From: Psychrobacter cryohalolentis K5
GTDB lineage: Bacteria > Pseudomonadota > Gammaproteobacteria > Pseudomonadales > Moraxellaceae
DNA length: 32,000 nucleotides
Assembly: GCF_000013905.1 (NCBI RefSeq)
Contig: NC_007969.1
Coordinates: 960,001 to 992,000, forward strand
Reading direction: 5' to 3'
Below are positions 9,311 to 16,603 of the stretch, piece by piece. Every line of letters begins with the position of its first letter. The stretch's first letter is position 1. Under the pieces are notes generated by a model. It worked only from the letters and a program-made list of their open reading frames with translations, made no database searches and was not told the origin of the DNA. The position numbers and the translations under genes were made by a program.

Positions 9311-9486
9311 TGTCTCCGCTATCGAGATATTAAAAATACTATCGAGCTTCTCGGCTGAGAAGTATGGAAAGATAAACATGAGGGGCAATGCCCTGTTAAA
9401 TAAAACCCTGTTATATAAAATACAGTGTCACTCTAAGTGTAATGAAAAAAGATTCACACGGATGAAGCACGGACAAGGAGCAAGTT

Positions 9487-10929
9487 ATGTCTGAATTAAA
9501 AAAATCGTTAGGGACGCTAGATGTTATCGCCTTAGCATTTGGTGCAATGGTCGGTTGGGGTTGGGTCGTCTTGGCGGGCGGTTGGATTTTATCTGCTGGT
9601 ACTTGGGGTGCGATGTTGGCATTCTTTATAGGTGGGCTGGCAGTGATACTGATTGGTGTGACTTATGCTGAGCTTGCGGCATCGATGCCCATCACTGGTG
9701 GTGAGCATACTTATACGCATCGAGCGCTGGGAGTAAATGTCTCCTTTATCTGTTCATGGAGTATCCTATTTGGTTACTTCTCTGTGGTCGCGTTTGAGGC
9801 GGTCGCTTTGCCTACAGTTGTAGAATATTTTATTCCTAATTATAATCAAGGTTATCTCTGGACCATTGCTGGATGGGATGTTTATGCCACATGGGTAGGG
9901 GTTGGGATGCTAGGCTCCGTCATTGTAACGTGGCTAAATATACGCGGTATGGAAGTCAGTGCATGGTTCCAAAAAACTGCAGTACTAGGTATTTTATTCG
10001 TCGGAACCTTGCTATTTATTGGTGCAGTGCTTTATAACCCTGAAACCTCTACAGCAATACAATCGCCAGCCTTCATTGGTGGTGTCGGTGGCATGATGGC
10101 CGTCATTGTCATGGTGCCCTTTATGTTCGTGGGTTTTGACGTTATTCCACAAGCGGCAGAAGAGATTGATTTAACTCGTCCTAATATCGGTAAGTTTTTG
10201 ATTATCTCTATCGTCGTTGCGGTGATGTGGTATGTGGGTATCGCTTGGAGCGTGGGCACGACGTTGCCGCTTGTACAAGCAGAAAGCTCAACCTTAGCCA
10301 CAGCTGATGCCATGACCAATGCTTGGCAAGGCAAATGGGCAGGTATTTTACTGGTTATCGGCGGTGTACTGGGTATTTTATCAAGCTGGAATGCGTTCTT
10401 AATTGGTGGTAGTCGTCTACTTTATGCGATGTCAAAAGCGCGCATGTTGCCAGCTTTTTTAGGTAAGTTACATCCAAAATACAATACACCTTCGAATGCG
10501 ATTCTCCTCATTGGTGGTTTAGCAACGCTAGCACCTTTATTTGGTCGCAAGATGTTGGTTTGGATCGTTGATGCTGGTGGTTTTGGTATCGTCATTGCCT
10601 ATACCTGTGTTGCTATTTCATTCTTGGTACTACGCTACCGCGAGCCTGATATGGTACGTCCCTTTAAGATACCAGCAGGTAAGCTTGTCGGTATGATAAC
10701 GATTGCGCTTAGCTTTGGTTTATTGATGCTATATATGCCAGGTATGCCATCAGCACTGACTGCTGTTGAGTGGTGGATTTTCTTTGGCTGGACCGTCTTA
10801 GGTATTGTGTTATATAGCTATGCAAGGATTAAATATCCAGGTATTAGTGAATCGATTATGGCAGAAGAGCTACGTGAATTAAAAATCGTCAATCAATTAT
10901 GGTTAAAAGATAATCCACCTAAGCAATAG
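9487..10929 (+). CDS. APC-superfamily amino acid/polyamine permease
   Basis: 480-aa ORF, very hydrophobic with about 12 predicted TM segments. RBS AAGGAG 7 nt upstream. N-terminal LGTLDVIALAFGAMVGWGW is typical of APC transporters. Substrate not deducible. Confidence 0.85.
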   Translation: MSELKKSLGTLDVIALAFGAMVGWGWVVLAGGWILSAGTWGAMLAFFIGGLAVILIGVTYAELAASMPITGGEHTYTHRALGVNVSFICSWSILFGYFSVVAFEAVALPTVVEYFIPNYNQGYLWTIAGWDVYATWVGVGMLGSVIVTWLNIRGMEVSAWFQKTAVLGILFVGTLLFIGAVLYNPETSTAIQSPAFIGGVGGMMAVIVMVPFMFVGFDVIPQAAEEIDLTRPNIGKFLIISIVVAVMWYVGIAWSVGTTLPLVQAESSTLATADAMTNAWQGKWAGILLVIGGVLGILSSWNAFLIGGSRLLYAMSKARMLPAFLGKLHPKYNTPSNAILLIGGLATLAPLFGRKMLVWIVDAGGFGIVIAYTCVAISFLVLRYREPDMVRPFKIPAGKLVGMITIALSFGLLMLYMPGMPSALTAVEWWIFFGWTVLGIVLYSYARIKYPGISESIMAEELRELKIVNQLWLKDNPPKQ

Positions 10930-10967
10930 TTTTTTCGATGGGTTATTTTTTAATAAAATTGTCCTAT

Positions 10968-11000
10968 AAAAAAAGCCTAACATTGACTGTTAGGCTTTTT
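10968..11000. terminator. Bidirectional rho-independent terminator between the convergent permease and sad-like genes
   Basis: A7-GCCTAACA(10975-10982)-TTGAC-TGTTAGGC(10988-10995)-T5. Confidence 0.75.
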
Positions 11001-11025
11001 ATTATTCTAAAAATCGCTCTGTCGA

Positions 11026-12399
11026 TTACGACTTATCGCGAATCAACTTATAGTTTAAAAATTCAGTAATGCCAAGGGTACCAAGCTCTCGACCAAAACC
11101 TGAGCGCTTCACACCGCCAAATGGGGTATTGGCTTCACTACCAGACGGGGCGTTGATCGTTACCATACCGACTTCAAGCTTATCAGCTATCTGAGTCGCC
11201 AACTCTGCATCTTGCGTTTGAATAGAAGCGCCAAGTCCAAATGGTACATCATTGGCAATTTGAATCGCATGATCGACATCACGCGCTTTATAAATGACAG
11301 CAACTGGACCAAATAGCTCCTGACGATAGACGTCCATGGATTCATCAACGTCTGTCAGTACCGCAGGCTTAAACCAAGCGCCCGGCTTGTCTTTCACCAT
11401 ACCGCCTTCTACCAATACAGTTGCCCCTGCTTGAATGGCGCTGTCGAGCTGCTCTTGTAAGTTTGTTGCTGCTGCTTTAGAGGACATCGGTCCGATAAAG
11501 GTGCCATCATCAAGTGGATCAGCCAAGCTCATATCACGTACGGCATCAGTAAAGCCTTTGACGAAATCATCATAAACTGACTCAATGACGATTAGGCGTT
11601 TGGCGGCATTACAGGCTTGGCCAGTATTACCAAAACGACCAGAGATAGCGCCTTGTACCGCTTTTCCGATATCAGCGTCAGCTGCAACGATGAAGGCATC
11701 TGAACCGCCAAGCTCTAGCACGACTTTTTTGAGGGCGCCGCCTGCTACTTTAGCAACCGCTTGTCCAGCTCGTTCAGAGCCAGTTAAGGAGATACCTTGT
11801 ACCCTGCTGTCTTCAATAATAGTCGCTGCTTGTTCATTGGTTGCAAACACATTGTTATAGACACCCTCTGGCAAGCCTGCGTCTTTAAAGATATCGACGA
11901 TAACTTCTGCCGTCTTAGGGCATTGCGGCGCGTGTTTTAAGATAAGGGTATTGCCTGCCATAAAGTTTGGTGCGGCAAAACGTGCAACCTGATAATGCGG
12001 ATAGTTCCATGGCATGATACCCAACAGGACACCAACAGGTAGCTTCTCTACAGAGGCAGACCCTGTATCGACATCAATTTTATTGGGCGCTAATAGCTGC
12101 TCTGCATTATCGGCATAGTAACGAAAGATATCAGCAACCAATCCAATCTCGCCTTTTGCTTGCGCGACAGGCTTACCCATCTCTGTTGCTACGATACGTG
12201 CAAGCTCTTCTTTACGCTCAAGATAGAGATCAGCAATTTTATGCAGTAGCTTACTACGCTCACTTAGCGATACTGTGCGCCAGTCTTGATAGGCTGTGTC
12301 AGCTTGCTCAATCACTCTTTGGATATCTTGTTCAGTTGCTGTAGGGTAAGTGGCTTCTACTTCACCAGTAGCTGGGTTATTAACTTGATAATCGCTCAT
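11026..12399 (-). CDS. NAD-dependent succinate-semialdehyde dehydrogenase, Sad/YneI-like (ALDH family)
   Basis: 457-aa ORF with RBS AAGGA 8 nt upstream. Motifs LELGGSDAF and GQACNAAKR. Length and pattern resemble E. coli Sad/YneI rather than GabD. Confidence 0.85.
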   Translation of the reverse strand: MSDYQVNNPATGEVEATYPTATEQDIQRVIEQADTAYQDWRTVSLSERSKLLHKIADLYLERKEELARIVATEMGKPVAQAKGEIGLVADIFRYYADNAEQLLAPNKIDVDTGSASVEKLPVGVLLGIMPWNYPHYQVARFAAPNFMAGNTLILKHAPQCPKTAEVIVDIFKDAGLPEGVYNNVFATNEQAATIIEDSRVQGISLTGSERAGQAVAKVAGGALKKVVLELGGSDAFIVAADADIGKAVQGAISGRFGNTGQACNAAKRLIVIESVYDDFVKGFTDAVRDMSLADPLDDGTFIGPMSSKAAATNLQEQLDSAIQAGATVLVEGGMVKDKPGAWFKPAVLTDVDESMDVYRQELFGPVAVIYKARDVDHAIQIANDVPFGLGASIQTQDAELATQIADKLEVGMVTINAPSGSEANTPFGGVKRSGFGRELGTLGITEFLNYKLIRDKS

Positions 12400-12484
12400 A
12401 GTTATGTCCTTTATTGTAAAATATTATTGGGTTCAAAATCCATTTGGGTCTATATTTTTATGCGGGTGCTTTTAGTTAATGCTT

Positions 12485-13612
12485 TCAGTTGCTGCTTTTA
12501 ATTAATGGTTTTGGTTGCTGCTGCGTAATGCAATGAATATTGCCGCCACCAAACACAATCTCTTTCGTTTGTACTCCCACTACCTGATGCTGAGGAAAGG
12601 CTTTTTCAAGCTGCTCGATGGCGAGTGCATCATTTATATCATCATATTGCGGTACGATGATAGCGTCATTACAAATCAAAAAGTTGGCATATGAGGCAAT
12701 ACAGACATCACCCGTTAGGCGTGTTTTGGCATCATCAGATTGTTCAATATCATAATGTTCAGGCAAGGTGACAGAGTTCTTGGTACAGCATAGCTTATGG
12801 ACTTTTAAACGTCTGCCTTTTGCATCGGTCATATTTGAGAGCTGCTCATAGGCTTTTTGTGTTGGTTCATAAAACGGATGCTTAGGGTCGTCAGTAAACA
12901 AGCAAACCACTTCACCAGGGCGCGCAAAGCAAGCGATATCATCAATATGACCAGTGGTTTCGTCAGGATCGATACCGTCATCAATCCACAGCACTTTTTG
13001 TACATTAAGATAAGCTTTTAGCTTGTCTTCAATTTGAGCTTCGGTTAGGTGCGGGTTACGCCCTGGGCTTAGCAGACACATGCGCGTAGTCAGAACGGTG
13101 CCTTCACCATCGACATGAAATGCACCGCCTTCCATCACAAAGTCATCCGTTCGATAGCGTTTGATATCTAGATGGTCACATAAGCGTTCAGCCAGCTTAT
13201 CATCGTCATCCCACGGCGAGTATAGTCCATCATAGTCGCCGCCCCATGCGTTGAATGTCCAATCACAAGCGCGTAGCTCACCTTTATCATTGATTAAAAA
13301 TGTCGGGACAGTATCACGCGCCCAAGCATCATTGCTAGGCATGGCGATAACGTCGATATTAGCAGGTAGACTATCGCGGCATGATTGGTAATCATCAGGA
13401 TTGACCAGTACGCCAACCTCACAAAAGCCACTGATTGCCAATGCGACATCAGCATAAGATTTCTGAGCAGGAATGGCTTGCTGTCGCCAGTTATCAGCAC
13501 GGTAAGGCCATACCATCCATATTTTTTCTATAGGCTCAAATTCTGCTGGCATGTAAAAGCCGTCTTGTTGTGGTGTTGAGCCAGTGATTAATCGGTTCGG
13601 TAATAATGACAT
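12485..13612 (-). CDS. aguA: Agmatine deiminase
   Basis: Motifs TPQQDGFYMPAEFEP, AWARDT.PTF, W.FNAWGG, EGGAFHVDGEGT, DETTGHIDD, and the C-terminal catalytic GGGNIHCITQQQP. The track start at 13621 is GTG; I prefer the ATG at 13612-13610. Confidence 0.9.
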   Translation of the reverse strand: MSLLPNRLITGSTPQQDGFYMPAEFEPIEKIWMVWPYRADNWRQQAIPAQKSYADVALAISGFCEVGVLVNPDDYQSCRDSLPANIDVIAMPSNDAWARDTVPTFLINDKGELRACDWTFNAWGGDYDGLYSPWDDDDKLAERLCDHLDIKRYRTDDFVMEGGAFHVDGEGTVLTTRMCLLSPGRNPHLTEAQIEDKLKAYLNVQKVLWIDDGIDPDETTGHIDDIACFARPGEVVCLFTDDPKHPFYEPTQKAYEQLSNMTDAKGRRLKVHKLCCTKNSVTLPEHYDIEQSDDAKTRLTGDVCIASYANFLICNDAIIVPQYDDINDALAIEQLEKAFPQHQVVGVQTKEIVFGGGNIHCITQQQPKPLIKSSN

Positions 13613-14004
13613 ATAGAGCACTTTATTTGACGACTTTTTTTAGCGATGAGTGGAAAGAGCCTAAAGCTCGAGTAGTGGTTACGCCAAAAGATTTGATAGA
13701 GCTGAGTGAGCCGAGCAGTAGAGTGTCTCTAAAGCAGGTATATAACTGTAGCACCACCAAGAATCTGGGTTTTTTGATCGAGACTTATCAGCCCAACAGC
13801 TCAACGGAAGAAAAAATTGCTCATGAAGGTGAAGAAATCGGTACCGTCATCGAAGGTAAAGTGTTGATTCGTATTGAAGAGACAACCTACTTATTAAATG
13901 AAGATGACAGTTATGTGATCGATACGATTAAGCCGCATACTTTTATCAATCCTACTGACGGCGTGACTCGTATCATTAGTGCGCATACGCCAACGACTTA
14001 CTGA
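13606..14004 (+). CDS. Cupin-domain protein; probably the C-terminal remnant of an XRE-HTH/cupin regulator whose HTH domain is missing
   Basis: 132-aa ORF. The cupin core is GEEIGTVIEGKVLIRIEETTYLLNEDDSYVIDTIKPHTFINP. The N-terminal YLTTFFSDE resembles the linker that follows the HTH in PuuR-like regulators, but no HTH is encoded. The start overlaps the aguA start. Confidence 0.55.
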   Translation: MTYRALYLTTFFSDEWKEPKARVVVTPKDLIELSEPSSRVSLKQVYNCSTTKNLGFLIETYQPNSSTEEKIAHEGEEIGTVIEGKVLIRIEETTYLLNEDDSYVIDTIKPHTFINPTDGVTRIISAHTPTTY

Positions 14005-14102
14005 ACAAAAATCAGCATAAGCTTTTATACAGTGATAGGTTCATATATTAATGTATTTTCAAAAGCGTATGGTTATTGAACATACAGGATTGCCTTTTAC
14101 TC

Positions 14103-14135
14103 ACGCTATTTTCTATTAAAAAGTAGCGTTTTTTG
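14103..14135 (+). terminator. Rho-independent terminator after the cupin ORF
   Basis: ACGCTATTTT / AAAA(G)TAGCGT stem with one bulge, followed by TTTTTT. Confidence 0.55.
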
Positions 14136-14212
14136 TATGTGTCTTTGAAGCAAGCTGATAAGAGGAAAGTTAATAATAGATAGGCAAGCAGTCAAATTAG
14201 AAATGATGCCAA

Positions 14213-15511
14213 TTAAGCATCGTTTGGCTCTTCTGTTACTTTAGTACTATAAGATGTGTTGGGTTTGTCTTTGACCAACCTGACTTTATTGGCTGTTTTT
14301 TTATTAACGATGGGCTCAGAAGTCACGCCAAAGACTTTTTTGTGTCTTCTTACGGCTAAAGCATCCGCTGCGGCTTTTTCTTCTGCTAATGCCTGCTCAT
14401 GCAGATTTTTATAGACGCCTATTGTCTCATCAATCATCTCACGCATGGTAAATTTGTTGGTCATCTCAGGGCGAGTCACACTTTCTAACTGATTGCGCAC
14501 CGCTTTGCACAGTGCGTTGGCATTGTATTTTCTAACCAAACCTTGCGGATAGAGTGGGCGCAGAATTTCACTAAATGCCGCTTGATCCCAGCCAATGACA
14601 GGCGTACCCAAATGAATGGCTTGTAAGGCATTGATACCGATAGATTCAGGCTGATTGGCAAGTGCCATGACGACATTGGCCGCTGACAACCACTCACGCA
14701 TATCATTACGTTTGCTGCCGACATAAGTGATACGATCGGCTAGTCCCAAAGTATTGCTGCGTTGACGAAAATCTTCATGGGCGACATCGCCCGCGCGATA
14801 ATCATCATCCATAATAATGGCATGGATATTGGGGAACTGCTCTTGAAGATTGCCCAAGATATCAATCAGCCATTCTTGGCCATATTCCTTACCGATGATG
14901 GTTGGAAATACCAGCCATTTTTTATTCTCAAGCTCAGGGTATTCAGCAAAAGTATGACGTAGCCAATATACTGATGGATTATGACGATAAGGATAACGAC
15001 GCGTATCAACACCGCGGTAGATACGTTTAATGACTCTGGGATCCAGCTCCTCACGACGCAGCCCTTTTTTTAAGTAATCAGTCACACTATCAGACACAGT
15101 AATAATGGTGTGAACATCAAGCAAGGCTTGTGAGTATTTATTGATAGGATAGAAGCCATACATGGTCGATACCAGTTTTGGTCGACGTTTTACCCGTGCA
15201 CGGCGCAGCGCTAAATGCAGTACCCATGCTGGTGTCCGCGAATGCACATGGATGATATCAGGGTCATATTTTTCAATCAGACGGCGCAGTGGCGCGACCT
15301 GTAACAAGGACAGCCAAGATTTTTTATTCATATATAACTGGTGATAATGGTTGCCATCACGCTTTAGGCGTCTGACCAAGTCGTTGTCTTCATTAGCACT
15401 AGAGATAATAATTGAGGTATGCTCGTTTTTAACCAAAGCACGCCCAAGATGAAAAATACCGCGCTCGGATTCATCATGCTTCAAAGACGACAGTAAACGC
15501 ATAACTTTCAT
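14213..15511 (-). CDS. Glycosyltransferase, GT-B fold (family 4/group 1-like) with a basic C-terminal tail
   Basis: The track ORF 14213-15526 starts at GTG. Alternative ATGs are at 15511 and 15502 (MKVMRLLSSL...). It has a GT4-like N-terminal domain (IIHVHSRTPAWV) and a C-terminal GT1-like domain, then about 60 Lys-rich residues. The exact start is uncertain. Confidence 0.7.
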   Translation of the reverse strand: MKVMRLLSSLKHDESERGIFHLGRALVKNEHTSIIISSANEDNDLVRRLKRDGNHYHQLYMNKKSWLSLLQVAPLRRLIEKYDPDIIHVHSRTPAWVLHLALRRARVKRRPKLVSTMYGFYPINKYSQALLDVHTIITVSDSVTDYLKKGLRREELDPRVIKRIYRGVDTRRYPYRHNPSVYWLRHTFAEYPELENKKWLVFPTIIGKEYGQEWLIDILGNLQEQFPNIHAIIMDDDYRAGDVAHEDFRQRSNTLGLADRITYVGSKRNDMREWLSAANVVMALANQPESIGINALQAIHLGTPVIGWDQAAFSEILRPLYPQGLVRKYNANALCKAVRNQLESVTRPEMTNKFTMREMIDETIGVYKNLHEQALAEEKAAADALAVRRHKKVFGVTSEPIVNKKTANKVRLVKDKPNTSYSTKVTEEPNDA

Positions 15512-15663
15512 AATGGCGTGGGTCACTATTAGAAGATATCAAGCTGCTATTGTCAGTGAAAAGTGCTGAAAACTCAACCTCCAAGATAAAAAGATAGCAT
15601 GGGACGATGACTATTATTTGTCTTCAATAAATACAGGTAATATAAATGAAAGCATTCAAGACA

Positions 15664-16548
15664 TTAGCGCTGTTTTTTGAGGTGCTGCGCATTTGGCAGG
15701 ACTTGCTTTTCACTCAAGTATTTCCAATAGCGCTGCGGTAAGTATTGCTTGTGCAAACGTGGATTTTTACGCTCTTTGATATTGACGTTGGTAAAATAGC
15801 CTTGCCAAAAACGCTGATAACGTTGCTCATCTTCGCTATGAATGCTGGCAGGATTGCGCAGTACTGCCTCATCAAACTCAGTAATGGTTTGCAGGGCTGC
15901 GGGGCGCTTGGGCGTGCTTTGACTTTTGTTATAATAAATACCATAGCCACGCGCCAAATCATAAATTGCCCAATGCTGATCTTGATAACGCTGACGAAAA
16001 TGCTCTCCGATTAAAGGCAAAACATTAAAATCCGGCTCAACACGGGCAAAGTAAATGTCTTCAACTGTATGCTCAAAGCGTACAAAGGCTTCCATGCGGT
16101 GTTTTTCACGACCGACAGACTTGACCGTTTGCACGAGTTCTAAAACATTGAGATTACCCAAATCATCCATGATATGGCGACTTGGGTAGTTAATAGCATA
16201 TTTCACTACTTGAAATAGAGTAGTGCCTATATTGTCTTTTTCTGACAAAAAACCCCAAAGTAAATTGCGCATACCCGAGCGACCTAGGAGTTGATTCAAC
16301 TTCGTAAGTACTCGTTCGGCATGGTTGGCATTGGTCTCTACACTAATGGCGTGAGCGAATAATGACGGCACATAACAGTCCTGCGCAATAAGCTGTAGCG
16401 ATGTATCGTCCTGTAAGTGATTGGAATAGACGTAAAATACTGCACTGAGCCACCCCTCAAAACTTGGCTCATAAAGTACAATACTGGGCGTCAATTGACC
16501 CAGCTGGTAATTTTGGTTTTTGACAAGTTCTGACAGTGATTGCGACAT
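15664..16548 (-). CDS. DUF4130 / TIGR03915-type putative DNA metabolism protein (partner of the radical SAM protein)
   Basis: 294-aa ORF, 55 bp downstream of the radical SAM gene on the same strand. The segment MEAFVRFEHTVEDIYFARVEPDFNVLPLIGEHFRQRYQDQHWAIYDLARGYGIYY matches my recollection of the DUF4130 core. No uracil-DNA-glycosylase-like domain is present. Confidence 0.75.
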   Translation of the reverse strand: MSQSLSELVKNQNYQLGQLTPSIVLYEPSFEGWLSAVFYVYSNHLQDDTSLQLIAQDCYVPSLFAHAISVETNANHAERVLTKLNQLLGRSGMRNLLWGFLSEKDNIGTTLFQVVKYAINYPSRHIMDDLGNLNVLELVQTVKSVGREKHRMEAFVRFEHTVEDIYFARVEPDFNVLPLIGEHFRQRYQDQHWAIYDLARGYGIYYNKSQSTPKRPAALQTITEFDEAVLRNPASIHSEDEQRYQRFWQGYFTNVNIKERKNPRLHKQYLPQRYWKYLSEKQVLPNAQHLKKQR

Positions 16549-16603
16549 TATTTGTCCTAAGATAACTTCATGATAGTAGCTAAATTATCAATAATTTTGA
16601 TAT

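Noticed and set aside
9270-9494. 74-aa ORF spanning the gabT-permease spacer
   Set aside because: It runs through hairpin and repeat elements, has no RBS or family resemblance, and overlaps the well-supported permease start.
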